Below are positions 36,301 through 50,300 of a stretch of DNA of 64,000 nucleotides, one piece after another. Position 1 is the stretch's first letter; each line of letters opens with the position of its first letter. The notes beneath the pieces are model-generated. The model ran no database searches and was not told the DNA's origin. It worked only from the letters and a program-made list of their open reading frames with translations. This DNA comes from Catajapyx aquilonaris (Eukaryota). A program made the translations under genes and the position numbers. The stretch spans positions 1-64,000 of the forward strand of contig KZ538325.1 in the NCBI GenBank assembly GCA_000934665.2. The letters run 5' to 3'.

Positions 36301-39127
36301 GTCAAGATTTACGAGCTCATTTGTCAAACTATGCGGACCTGTGACGATTCGGATGTGTAAAACATTGTAGGAGTGTGGCACATGTTTCCTTCGAATTTTG
36401 GGAAGCTGATCTGAATTCATGCGACCAACAATTGGTCAGATCCGATTTGTTCGTGCATTGAAATGTCAACAAATGAAAAATGATGTATTGTTCAGCCTTA
36501 CTGCAGGCATACAGAGGATCAGGGGTCATAATGTACACAACACGTTTGAAATGCATATATGTACGTTGGTCCTAAATATATTTGTCCTCTGCCCCTCCAT
36601 TTTTGGTCCAACAATATTCCACATTCCGGTGCTATAAGTCGCAACGTTGCGTGCAAGTAAATTAAACATTAAATCACATTTCTTCCCTGTCAGAAGAAAC
36701 CAATAATGGTTTCCGTCTTGAGCCTCTTGGGACTTGTTGCTGACATGCCTCCCATTTGTTTTCCACTCTTTTTTCTACCAGCTTGCATGCCGAAAAGGAG
36801 TGAGGACGTGGCACCCATGCCATTAGTCACACAACACAAGCTCTTGCGACACACACACACAAAAAAAACGTAACTTCCTGTGTGCATATATGAACGAGGG
36901 AGCAGGATTTCGCGGGCTGAATATGCGTCAGACACCATAATTCAATAGTGAGGGATGGGTTTTCAGGATGGTGCTCTATTCAGCTCCCATGTTTCATTAG
37001 AAAAGTAATGTAAGAGCTAGGACTAGGAAGAGGGGTGTCGTCACAATCAATAGTGCTAGTGGAAAGTAATTTATTTACCTCAGATCTTTGTCCACCAGAA
37101 GGTTCCATGGTATCAATCACGTAAACCAATCAGTGTCCAGTTCTGGTGTCTAGACCCGATTCTCATGTGATAAAGACTGGGTAACGAACCTTGAAGTTAG
37201 TCAACTAGGCTTTAGTTTAAAGTTTGTGTTTTTTTTAGACGTTATTCACGTTAATAATATGCGGCATATGGAGGTAAATTACGGTACTCTTCACAATTTG
37301 TATACAAAGTTAAGGATGCATTGTGCAAACCCCCAGGTCATCAACTTTTGAACTTGCAACATGATGCTTTCCACTATGTTTACGCAAAATTTTGCTTCAA
37401 CTCGCCTCAGGTTGTTGCTTCATTGTAACAGCTGCGTTGTCTTTCTTTCTGCAATAATGAGTCTGTTTAAAACACCATGTCGTAATTGACGAATATCTGC
37501 AGGTTATTCCTTTAAAATTATTTTAAATCGCTAAAATCAGTGTCAACGACTTTTTGAAATCCAGCTATCAGGGGTTAATAAACTGCAGTAAATTTAAATT
37601 TACATAATCATATGAGCGGCATATTGCTACCGCGACGCTTCCTATTGGCCCGTTCTACGCATACGCAGTGGATGTAGGCAGCGCCTCTGGTGGGTGAGAG
37701 GAGGAACTGTCCATTCAAGCACTGTCGGGCGGAGAGTCCACTACGCTCCCTCCCCAACTGCCGCCCCCATTTTAAAAATAAAATTGTCTTGGATATTTGC
37801 ATCCTGTTACAACTATTGTTTTATTAAAATTAAATATTATTAACCTAGCAATATGTACGAGCCTCAAGCCCTGACCATAAATATTGGCTCGCTCCAAAAA
37901 AAAATGGCACCATCGCCATGCTCATCTAGATTCTGATGCCAGCGAGAGATGCCGGTTGTGCAACTCCGGTTGTTGATACTGTATTCCTGGGCCCTCGCAT
38001 GCACGCGTCTAATGAATAATCGATTCTTGGCACAATGTACACTGCGATATTTTAATGGCAAGTCCACGACCCGTGCGGTTAATGCAGCGTTATGGGCTTG
38101 GCCCCGCATGATGAGCCCGGATCCCCCGAAGTTTCGCTGTTTGCACACACTACCGATATATACGGTACGAAAGACGGTGTATTCGGACGCAGCCCCAGGA
38201 GGCCGGGCTTGAGGCGCGCCACATGATTGGTCCGGAGCCTCAACTTTTGCGCTCCCATAGGCCTCCTTGGGCCGTGTCAGAATCTAACAGTGTTGGAGAG
38301 ACGTAAAAATAGTGTTGCGTACGGAATTGTTGATGAAGCTGTGACCATGCAAGTTGGGCTAGCTAGCCGTAACTTTCATGGATGCCTGAAGGCGTCTGGA
38401 AACCACGGGGAAATGAGGCGTCCGGCACCGCTTTGAAGCCCAGGAAATGCAGTTTCATGGGCAGACCCCCCCAGTATAATCGACCAAGAAAACGGGGAGG
38501 GTTACAGTATAGTGTTATGCAAGCGATGGAACTTTCATGAGTTGGTTGGAATGACAATGCGACCGTGTAGGATGACACTGACTGGACAGAAATGTGCGAC
38601 GTTTCAAATTGGTCAGGCAGGTTACCGGTATCTTATTAGGACCTGTGGGTGTCCCACAGGTGAATTTGCTCTAAAAGCGGGCGATATCAGGAAATTTGCG
38701 ACATCCCCCCCAATGCTAACTCCCAGTGGTGATATAGCCAGGCAGTAAAATCGATACCGCTTCGTTGTACTTGTGGATTACGACTGTAAATTACGCCACT
38801 TACGCAGCGACCTGTATAGGCACAATATAATTTTTTTCGGGAACAGATAATGCGCTTCAACAGTTCGTTATCCTGGATTCGTGTTTACCCCAAAATGTGA
38901 ATATACTGTCGTGTTTTGGACGGGCCCAGTCCGATCTATTACCGACGCACGGGCAGACATGACGGTTTTTTGGGAGAAAAATAATGAAATTCCAGTTTTT
39001 TTGCTAGGATTATTAAAGGGCAGTATCAGCACCGTTTGTGACTTTAACCCAGATATGCCTGATTTATTTTTTTGTTGATTTAAAAATATGTATTTTTATT
39101 TTAATGAGCAAATGAAGAACTAACACA

Positions 39128-39315
39128 TGTGACGCCCCTCACTAGAGGGCAGTGGCGTCTGGGTGTGGACCTGGCGGGGAGGGCCCTTTCGTAGAGTCAG
39201 TCGTGAAACGGTCTAGCTACAGGCTAGTCTAAATAAATAGGTTGTCCCGAACCTGTTGTATTATTTGACCACGACCTTGCTGGTCAGGTGGGATGACCTG
39301 AAGTCAAACCTCACA
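39128..39315 (+). mobile_element. Solo LTR-like element, copy A (188 bp)
   Basis: Starts TGTGA and ends TCACA (5-bp inverted termini), flanked by a 4-bp direct repeat CACA (39124-27 / 39316-19). It has an internal AATAAA and is homologous to the copies at 45018, 29873 and ~47370. Confidence 0.75.
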
Positions 39316-41429
39316 CACAAAAGCTAAAAATATAACAACTTAAAAGGCATATATACGCGCTATACTTCATTACTGGAAACATATTCAGTATTAGCCTCTG
39401 GCCTGTTATGCTTCTCAATATTTTGCAAATATGAAACACTTGAAGAATATGGATCACGTTCTTCAAATAAGTGATATCACGCTTAAATTTACTTACAAAA
39501 TGTCAGCCACACCAATGAAGTTCTAGCACGCTGCCCTTTGGACCCATCTGGCTTCAAAAAGCCATATTTATACCACCCTTTCCTCTTATTAACGCAACGA
39601 ACTAAGTATAGTCCATTGATTAAGCAAACATATCGACGCCTACACACTTCCTGAAGCGCCGTCGCACCACACCGCGCACAGGCCCACGAGATAATAAGAT
39701 CAGCTAAAATACTATGCGGTTGCACGATAATAAAATAGGAAATAAGCCCACCAAATCTGACGTTTACAAGTCATATTTAATGGATGTACCGTCCGGGTAA
39801 TTTGGGCCAAATTAATTTTCCTTAATAGAACAATTAAGCATTTTACCGCTCTCGCAGAATAATTGATTACCCCCACGGTTCACAATGCAAGGAAAATATC
39901 GCACGCTAGGAAAATATCGCCAAAAATATCGCTTGTAAGGGATTTTCTCTCAGGCTCGTCAAGTAATTAAAACGTAACGATCATTTCCTGGCGAGGGTGT
40001 GAAGTGACGCAGCGAACATCGTTAATGAATTTGCGTTATTCTGTACTTTGTTTTTGCGAATTATGAAACCCACCCAGTGTGGCTTTTAATGAGGTCGCAG
40101 AGCTGTTATGGCTCTTGCATTACGATGTCAGTGATCGGTTGCAGCTTGCCCGTACAGTTTCTAACTAATGCTCGTTACTGGTGGGACTTTTTTTTCTTCT
40201 AGGCATATAGCTCCGATTACAGATAATTACGGTGAAAGATCCGGTGTCGAAAAGATTATTTTTTTTTGTAAATTTTAAAGCCTGTACGTGCCTCGTAATA
40301 CCTCATTTATACGGAGGTAAAAGTGGAATAGATTACAACGCGGATCATAGGATCCTAAGGATGGTCATGTCACTCGGGTTATAACCACGAGGTACAACCT
40401 CATCTTGAGAGGCAAATGAGAGATAATTTCTAATTACGCCGGATTTGGGTAAGATGGGTCCAAAAGGGGAGCATAAATTTGAGTAGAAAAAAAACTAGAG
40501 AGGGAACGTAAAAATGGCTGCCGGGCACAGGGAGTAGGCTGAGGCGTCTCTCGCGGCCTCTCACTTGATAGGTTGATGCTAATAATTTCCATTTCCTCCG
40601 GAGTTGAGTCAAATTGAGTTAGAGTGAGGGGATGGCCCAATTAGCGAATTTGCAGCAGGTCTGCCGCTCCCAGCATCAGCAGCAGGATGGAATCATGTTG
40701 GGATGATCACTTTTGCGAAAAATGTGATTTTTTTTCTAGTGGATCAAGCCGATATCGAATATTTCTAACACTTTATAGGAAGTGGTGTTTTTGCCAGAAC
40801 AACACACACACAAAAAATGTGAATCAGTAAACACGTAAAATATTGTTGGCTTGAGGCACTGAGACATGCCTGGAAGCACTACTGGCAAATCTCCAAAAGC
40901 CAACTGCATTTGTATCCTGCTTCGTCGCCAAATTTATATATCAGCAGCAGACATTTGCACAAAATTTCTGTTCTAATTTCGCCTCCTCTCAAAACTTGTC
41001 TTAATTTACACTATAAATTTACCATCCTTCCAAGTAAACTTCTAAGCACCCGTTAACCTTCAAAATGAACCTGAAAATATGAACAACTTTTGACGAAACT
41101 TTGGAAAGCAGTGTATCTTGCTTATACCAGAAAATCCACCCTCATCTAGGGAGCTGTTTTCATCTAAGACAATTATACTGACGTGCCCCCACGATTTTTT
41201 GTCATTTTTTTTTTTGTAATCCCCCCTATATCTCGTAGTGTTTCTTCTTCCCCCATTTTTTTTCATGTCCGAAGAGCCAGGCTTGCTGCAGCCAGAAGCT
41301 ACGTGGACTGCCTGTCCAAGCGATTTTCCAAAGGCTTTATTATTGATCGTGAGTGAAATAGCCCATATTTCTTGCTCAGCCAAGATTTAGAGCTTTTCTA
41401 CCTCTCATAATAATGATTCTCTCAGAATA

Positions 41430-41430
<1 letters not shown>

Positions 41431-41517
<87 letters not shown>
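41431..41517. repeat. (ATT)n microsatellite, ~29 units
   Basis: Directly visible perfect trinucleotide run. Confidence 0.98.
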
Positions 41518-41518
<1 letters not shown>

Positions 41519-44500
41519 GTATATAGCGTTTATGAGTCGATATTAATTAGGCGTTAATGATAGGTCGATTAAAACACATTGCAGCCACTTTTGGGCTTTT
41601 GTAGGTGTAATGAGCTATATCATGCCAAAAATAGTAGGGATTAACATATTAAAATCACACACGTTATCACATATTGGTCTAGCTTGTTTCTATGGCGTTC
41701 CCATATTTGCTGTTACGTCATTTGGCTAATCTATCATGCCATTCATGCAACTTGCACTTGTTATATGGGGTGAGTCTTTTGATGCGAGCAAAGAGGAGGA
41801 ATTAGCAGTCTTGACGACTTACAAACTCAAGGGAGCTTGGGTAAAAAAGGGAATGGAAAGAGCGAACTTTTAATGGAATCAACGCCAATTCCATGCATAA
41901 TTCGTTTCTATACGTGTCTAGCAGGGGATAGGCTTTTAGAAGGGTTGCTACCAATTCATTTTGTAGCCAGATATTCAGGCTTGTATGGTGGAAGTTGTGT
42001 CAATATTGAACGTTTGAAGCTGTTAGATTCATTATGCTATTGACTGCATTTTGGTCGATGCTTTCTGATTGCCTTCCAGTGTTATGTCACCCATAAGCTT
42101 AGCTTGTGCGGTATTGATGCTAAATGCAATCCGATTATATGGGCCAGCCGGTGCCTGTGTCAAACCCGCCTTTTCAGCAGGGAACATCGAAGTATCGGAT
42201 ATGTCTCAAGAGTAGACCCAAGAGCTCTTGGTAGACCTAAAGAAAATCGTTCGAAGGTGCAGGGTAAGTGGTTCAGAAAATGCTCTACATATTAACATTC
42301 GGAAAATTCAAATGTAACTCCCTAAGCCACAGGCAGATGGCGGTGAGTTTGTTCTGAGCGCAATCTGGCGGCTGAGTCTCAGAACACTGATTCGTGTGTC
42401 TCCCCCTGTCTTCGGATCTGTAGTCGAGAAGCGCACATGTGGCACTTGGGGTCAGAATTATATTCTGACAGGGCGACAGGTCTGGCTGCTCGTGTTCTCT
42501 GCATCCTATTATTCCAGCGGACGGATATACAGATATATTGGAAAACACTGCTTCCAATGTAGCGGTTATGGTTTCGCCATGTCGTGGAAATTCATCGTCG
42601 GTTGGACAGGCTGCGGATCGATGACGCTAGGCCTAATTGCCTTGGCTGCATAATCACACACCTTACTTGGGTTAATACGAGCTCATAATGAACGCGGAGG
42701 GGATTTTTGGGTGGAAAAGCTGGCTTTTTATGAGAAAGATGTCACGTTTAATCTGGTTTTTTTTGAGGGGACGTGGATCAGGTTGTATTTTTTATTGTTT
42801 GGACTCAGTTTCGGACACTCAAATATTCTAATTAATGCTAAACACTGACAAGCGGTGCATATGGCAGCTCACGATATATCCCCAATAATTTACAAGCAAT
42901 TATTCGTGATATGCTGGCGCTATTTTCAGCAATTTACTTCCACCTCATGTGAATCAATGTTCTGCTCTATAGGGTGCCAACACTGGTGATTTTTTCATGT
43001 GTGCTATAGGTGCTATAGGCGATTTTTCGAACCGATACAACCCTAGAGGACCATATAGGGATTAACGTCAAGAAAAGGTACATTGTTGCTGTGGTAGAAG
43101 TTAGAGCTCAAGTCAGCTCGTTTCGACCAAGAACCAGAGGGTACATTAGGTAATACTTAACACGATGTCCTCTTTCCGTATGACCACCTTCAGCTAATGA
43201 GAATCCAGATCCTAATCACGATTAGCCTGACTTACACCCACATTGTACCGGGCCAACCGAGCGAATTATCCGGATGGAAGTCAGTCCGAATAGCCCCCCA
43301 TAGCCAGTGTTTAAGACAGAAATTCTATCCGATGACCTCTCTCTCACTCACTCGATGGCCGGAATGCTAATTCTGGGGGGTCTGGCCCCAATCTTCAGGA
43401 GCGAGTAGATTCGATTCGCTCTCTAGGGCCGTTTGATGATGATGATGATGCGGCTTCATTTCCTCTGCCAGCCTGCTTCTTGCAGATAACGGTTAGGAGC
43501 CTTGGATGTACTACGGTTTCCGTCTCAAGAGACCAGAGATATAGATTATGCGTAAAGGAACACAATGCGCCAAGCCTCATCCACTTATCCTGCCTGGGCT
43601 CCCTTCAGAGATACTTGACCTGAATGGATTCTAAGGTATTTTTTTTTGGTTGTGAAAAAGACTGGACATCTGTCATAGTGTCCAGGAGTTTTTTCAGGAT
43701 AGAATGGTGGGGGATTTAGTAACAACAAAGGAGTTTATTTGGTGGTGGCCTGTGCAAAAATACCAAATTTTATGCTGTGAGTTTTAAAAGCATCTAGATT
43801 GTTAACATTTTCTCGCAATTTTACTCTCCATTGCGTAGAGAGTTGTGCAATGGCTCCATCGCAGAAAACCATCCGACAACGTGAAGGCACTTGTAATCTG
43901 ATTCTCTTTTTCAAAGTGGTTCTGTGGGCCATTTTTTTGTAATGGTCCCCACAATGTGGGCATGATTCTTCCCACTTAGTCTGTATAGTATCGAACGGTA
44001 TTAAATGCCGATTGTGACATTTTAAAAAGGGTCAGACATTTGTCTTCTAGTCCAGTCTTCTAGTCCAGAAGATGCCAACTATATTTTAAATTAAAAGTAT
44101 TGTAATGAATGTGTTTTTCGTTGACTAATTATTTAGTTGACACCTTACAACAGAATTTGAATGGTAATTATTTTACGATTACTATGTACACGTTTATAGG
44201 GTGTTTTCCCTCCCTGTGGACATTGATATTATGCCAAACCCCAACCCTTTAAAAAATCCAGAATTTAAATATGGCTGAGCACTAATAGCTGTCGAATATT
44301 GATCGGCCCCAGCACAACGCTCCCTTTTGCTTCCATTGCCACAATTTCCTCACTTTTATCCTCTCATCGGCACATTTGTGGAAACCTTCCCTAGTTGCCT
44401 TGGCATCATCAGAGGTGTGGTGTAAAACTACGAGTTTATGGTTTTCCTTATTAAGGCAATTAATTACATCATCTCTCATTCCAGAAATCAAGTCACTTCG

Positions 44501-45017
44501 AGTGTTAACCTACCGGAAACTCCCTGAAAACAACTCAGGTAATGTAATTTATTTATTACGCTATTGATTCTGGAAAGTAATTTAACACCTTAACGAGCTG
44601 GCTTCCTCTTTGCCTGGAAGTAGTCAATTTTTCACTCCAGTTGCCACACTAGTGCGAACATTAGGAATAAGTCCCGTGTCCGTCGGCTTAAAGGCGGAAG
44701 GAGGGGGGGGGGGTTGACTATTAAGCCAAATTGAGGCTATCTTTTAGTCGGTAATCACCCTCGTTTGAGAGACTCGAACCTCCTTTCTCAAGTTCCTCTA
44801 GCACTTGAGATCTTTTCATTTTGTACCAGTCACACCGGATATAATTATTGCTATAATGAAGAAACCGCCGTACCAGTGGTTCATCAGGAAACAGTGTCAA
44901 AACATAGCTGCTTTGTTCTTAAGCTGTTACTTTTTCCTTATTTTTGGTGGTTGAATATCTTCTAATATTTGGCCAAATTGAATAATCTATCCATATTATA
45001 CACTCACATAGTCTATA

Positions 45018-45203
45018 TGCTGCTCCTCACTAAAGGGCAGTGGCGTATGCTAGGTGTGGACCTGATGGAGTGATCTTTGTGAGCAGTCGTGTAACTGCCT
45101 GGCTGCAGGCTTGCTTCAATAAATAGGCTGTTTGTGTATTATTGGGCCATGACCCTGAGTAGCCTGTTGGAGTTAGGAGGATGACCTGAGGATGACCTCC
45201 TCA
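45018..45203 (+). mobile_element. Solo LTR-like element, copy B (186 bp)
   Basis: TG...CA termini with a 4-bp direct repeat TATA (45014-17 / 45204-07). Shares the blocks cctcactaRagggcagtggcgt, ggtgtggacctg, cagtcgtg, aataaatagg and ggatgacctga with copy A. Confidence 0.75.
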
Positions 45204-47254
45204 TATATGAAAGGGTCAAACAATACATGAATGTGGTACGTACACCAAGAATGACATACAGTACCAGATTTTTTTTTAAAGATTTTAAAGCGCAAAGCTG
45301 CTACTCTATCATGCTTGAATCGTAAGTTTGCAGAGCGGAGAAATACGGCTGCGTTTCGAGATTACTACGCACCGGTAGTCTTTTTAATGAAGCTGTCATC
45401 CCAGTCCCCTCGAGGGAAAACAAGTGCAGGATTTTCAAATAAATGGAAAAGCAACTTTCTGGCTCCGGTACTTTAGAAACCCAGATATTGAAACGCAGGG
45501 GGGCATGATTTCAATCGAACCCACCTTTTGGATATTTATTTGCGACTTTTTGATCGTTTGACAGCGGTGTTTTAATTGCGATCGTGAAATACTCGGGGGG
45601 AACATGTAAAAAAAAGTGTGAATGTAAAAATATATGTGAGCTTTTGAATAAGTGCGAAGCGGGTTAATTAATCAAACTTTTGTGCCATGCAGCTTTTGAT
45701 AACTTTCAGGGCATTACATGTGCACTATGGCTGTTTATAGGATAAATGAAACATAAGGTGCTACATGAATAAACTTTCTATTACAAAAGCACCCTGTGTA
45801 CGCGAAAAATATAAGCATAATTTTTGAAAATTCTGGGAACGCATGCTTTGTGTTATAAAATGGAGTTTACTTACTCTTGACACCGCTTTCATTAAGTGTT
45901 TGCAGGCTGCAATGAATGTATGAAAGGAATACATTAAAACGCAGAATGAGCTCACCTCTTCTCACCGCACACAAAATGTTATTTTTGGACGCTTACAATG
46001 AAATATTAAGTGGCGGCAATGGCCTTTGTCCTCGCACCGTAACAGGTGCCACACCAGCAACCCATGTCTTCGTCTCCATTGCATTATGCATCGGCTCATG
46101 AAAAAGCACTTCTTCAAAGAGCCACCACATTGATCCTACTAACGAGCGCATGAATACTTCACACTTTATGCCAACAGACAGTCTTAGGCGTGACTTGGAC
46201 GAAGATAATCATCTTCAAGGGATGTACTATCCATGTTTCATACACTAACGTCATTGAATGTAGCTCTAATGTGGTTCTAACCCAAGTTTCAAAACTCATC
46301 CGCTAGAGGCCGCGCTAACGTACGTGGCGCCATCTCATGAATTATTTTTCTACCACACAGAAATGTATGGAAACACCCGTTGTGGGGGGTCATCTAACTC
46401 TTAAAAATGGTAGCCGAGGTCAACCCAAACTCCTAAACAATTCTAGCAGCGGCGCAAGCGGATGAGTCCCAATCCAGGTACAAATTCCCATTTACTTCCA
46501 CGTCCATGGTATCTACCCAAAGGGGGTCGGTCGGATCCGGATGGTAATTGGCCCCGGATCCCCGGGATGCCCTCATGCGGGCGTCGGGTCACGTTCGAAA
46601 ACCCTCCTGCTTTGGGCCACACCAGGTCAAAACTTGGGACCATCAGACATGTCATCGCTTTTTTTTTGGGGGGGGGGGGGGAATTCGAGCGTTTCTGGAT
46701 TACATTTGCAGTGCTTTCAAATAAGCTATTATATTGCAATAATAATTAGCCAAAAATTGTGCTTCGGACACCATACTTAATGACCTAACTCAATTATTGA
46801 TCATAGCTTTTGGTATAGTACAGTTAGATGAGAAAAGCGATAAAATCCTTCCCAGGTCCCCTTTCACCTAACTTAATTTATTGATTCCTTCGACGGTTTC
46901 CATGGCACCACCTTTTCCTAGTGCCTACCGATTAGGATAATGCGGCCTAAGTAGCCTGGTGCGTGCCACGTATATTTTGTCTTTTAAAAAAGGCCAAAGA
47001 TTTTTTTGGGAAGGAATAAGGAAAAAGTGTGGCTGCTGAAACGGATGATGGAACACAGGGGTTGGATGAGTGATGTAGCTTCTTTTCCTTCCTGGGCTCG
47101 TCATCTTCCACGATGCCACTTTTAATGCCCCCATTTAGGAGCGCGTTAGGGGGATTAGGTGGGTTCCTACCGGGTAAATGCTCAGGGCCTGCTGGGGCAC
47201 ACGGCCACTAAAAGCTGCCTGGTCGGCTAGAGAAAAAAAAAATTGAGGTACAGG

Positions 47255-47370
47255 GTGAATCGGCATTTATTAGACCGGCCCGAAGCCGGACCGAAACACG
47301 ACTGACTTATACAAAAGAGCTCCCCCTAGGTCCCCTACCCAGGAGCACGCCATCTAGTGAGGGATAAGCT
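47255..47370 (-). mobile_element. Copy D of the same LTR-like family, opposite orientation (3' end undefined)
   Basis: The minus strand reads ccctcactagatggcg..ctgggtaggggacctagggggagctcttttgtataagtcagtcgtgtttcggtccggcttcgggccggtctaataaat, which is colinear with copy A. Confidence 0.6.
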
Positions 47371-50300
47371 GGATAGGCTGGATCTTTGCATGCAATTTCA
47401 AATGTGGCCACTGTTGACTCGCCCTTGTGTATTTACAAAGTTATGACTGTATGAATATCACGCACGAGTTGAATTGCACACTACTCCGACTCGCATTCTC
47501 TCAAATCTCTACGGGCTGAACAATAACTTGTGTCGTAAATTGGATTAGTCAGCTAATGCATATAGTGCACTGTACATTGTTATCAACTTTCACCAGGGAC
47601 TAACACTGGTCTACAGATCTGGTCTCTTGACAACCATTACGTGGGGGGCTCTGGGTTCGATCCTTGAACAAGATATTCCCATCTGTAGCTGTATTTTCTT
47701 ACTGTATACACTTGTGGGAGGAAACAGTCCGTATTAGTCAACTTTTATTCATTAAATGTCCCTCAAAAGTTATATGAATATCGCATTTTTATGGATTGCC
47801 TGAAGCCATCGACATATTGGATTCCCTTCCCCAATATCATCCTTGAAAGCGTATGACAACCTCTATAGAGTAAGCATATCCAGTAGGCGGCCTGCCAAAA
47901 GGCTATCGATTTAGGGACGTCCCAGTAAACTCCGATCCTTACGTTGGGACAGGTCCGAACAAATTATTTAGTCTAATACTGATGACTGATGTACTTGGGT
48001 TTCCGTTGGTAAGCCCCGTTTCCTTTCCGGTGGTATGCCCTTAGGCTACTCCTGCGCAATCTTTCCTGCAGACCACCCTATCCGGACAGTCCCCGGTTGC
48101 TATGGCTACGGAGGAAATCCGGATAAGAGTCTACCGGCCTTTCCCACCAGGTGGGCCTGCACGTGCTAAGTGGAAATTAAACGTCTGGCCACCCCCACGA
48201 TACAACCGAGTAAAAGGCATTCCCTATGAATATACCATCGGAGCGTGCCGTGTCAGTGGCCTGTCACACGTGTGTTGTACTGTACGACTTGCCGACGCTT
48301 ACGCTGACAGTTGGGTACGTCTGCCCTATTTTCAATATTCAAATAGGGAACGTGTTTTCAGGGGGGGTTGACAGTCCTGCATGTGGATTTTTAGCATCAG
48401 TAAAGTTAACTGAGGTGAAGCATAATCCAAGCTATTGGCATCATGTCGATAGAATATTTTGTGCACTACGTTCCTCTTAGTATTATTGGATTCTCCAGTT
48501 AATACAGCCCCGGTGAGAACGAAAATTGGATTTTAAAAACAGCCCCCTCTTCTCCCCAAGGACTCATTAGGTCGATCATTAGCCTCGATCAGATTATTAA
48601 TTTTTAAAACAATTCACCATGTTCTTCGTCACATCCATCAGTTACACATTAAGATAAGCACCGCATTCTGTTACTTAAAGTAACTCCGCAATAAATTTTT
48701 AATAAAACTTAAGGACCTATCTTATGAGCTTTCTCGGAATAAATTAAACAATTCAACCAACTTGTACAAAACGTTCGCAATAATCGGAGAGATGTGATTA
48801 TTTTTTAATCAAATCAAGAGGAGGAAGGTTCCCTTCGGCATCGTTCTTGCAGTCGTTGCCCGGAAAGCCCATCTTGCTTGAATTACCGTTGAGGTCCACC
48901 ACAATAGGAGTAATTCGCAAGATAAATAGCGGGGGCCACTAATTACGTCGCCGAAAATTGCAGCTTTGGGAGGGTCATTGGAACGGCCAGTGCAATTCCC
49001 ATTAAATATGCCGGATTAGGACTGTTCAGAATGGTTCAGAATGGTTGGCGTTACGGACGTGACAGTATGTGACACTAAAAGTCCAAAAATCATCTGGATT
49101 GGCAAATACTAATTCTAACCACGGCTTTTAAAGATCACACCATCAGAAAATTCCATCCAGCTTTTCCCCCATCCTCTTCAACCACCACTCTTTTCTGGTG
49201 TTGGTCAGGTGGGGCTCTTCCTGAACTCTCCCACGATCCGTCCCAGTCACTTGCCCAGCGGCCAATCTTTTCTTCTCACGACAATACCAGGTGGGAATTG
49301 AAAGTTCAGCCGGTCTCCACTTCCACTCCACAGTTCGAATTAGAAGTTCCGGGAGTGCGTGACGTGCATGTCCGGCCGCCATTTTAAGCGCTCCTCTGGT
49401 TCTATCTCACTCTCCACCCAGAGATCGGCTTCCACTCGACCTCCTGCGGTCACGCTGATAACCCCTGACAAGATGTGTGGCTGTCTCCAGTCACTTAAAA
49501 CCTAGACTAGGGTAGAGGAGTATTTAAAATTCCAAACGTAGTGTCCCGGCTTGGTTGGCTCAAATTATTACTTACGGTTGTCCCCTGCATGAAGCACGGT
49601 TCTTAACATGCGAACAAGTACAGGGTGTGCACAAAGCAGCCACAAAACGCATGCTATCAAACCCACTGTACCAATGGTTTGAAAAATAGCAGTTACGGCT
49701 ATTCAGTGAAATTCTGTTTTAAAAAATCTGTGACAACTTCTAGTTATTTGTACGAGCACTCCGGACCTCTCTCTATTTTTTGTTGTTGTGCACTGGCCCT
49801 ATCGAGTTAATAGGTTCCGTCGTTCTAGGGATAAGTTAGATGGCCATCTGTGTAAGCCGGCCCAGAGAATCTTCCGAACAATTGTACTGTCAGGAACTTG
49901 TTATATATCGGTTGGTTATTGGCTAAGATGGCCTAGGTTGTATGTTGGAAAGGATCTAGAAAATTCGTCAACAGCATCAATCTTCTGACTGAAACATGTT
50001 GGAAAAGTGATGTCAACTCCAGCTACTTTCCTACGGTTAAAGCTATGGACACCGTCTCCCTCGAGCATTGGAATCTATCAAAGATTAATCGCCATCTATA
50101 CTATACCTAACCACGGAATTAAGTTAGTGAGAGAGAGAAAAAAATGGCGGTCCACACCACTTCCTTCGGTTCCTTTTATGGGCGTCCACTCACTTAAAGC
50201 TGGAGCAATAAACATGCATTGTACCTATAGTGTCCTTTAACCTTTGCAATTATGAAGTGTGTTGTACCTCCCTCGGATTGGTCCATGAATGGCTCCTGAG

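Noticed and set aside
39128..45203. One full-length 6.1-kb LTR retrotransposon bounded by copies A and B
   Set aside because: Each copy has its own different TSD (CACA vs TATA), the two are strongly diverged, and no PBS, PPT or gag-pol ORF lies between them.
47600..47670. tRNA or tRNA-SINE B-box-like GGTTCGATCC (similar boxes near 2162, 20655 and 44768)
   Set aside because: No cloverleaf or correctly spaced A-box; at most eroded SINE heads.
49143..49170. KLDG peptide resembling the start of the missing CNG C-linker exon
   Set aside because: It lies upstream of the S6 exon, is followed by a stop, and has no acceptor or further similarity.
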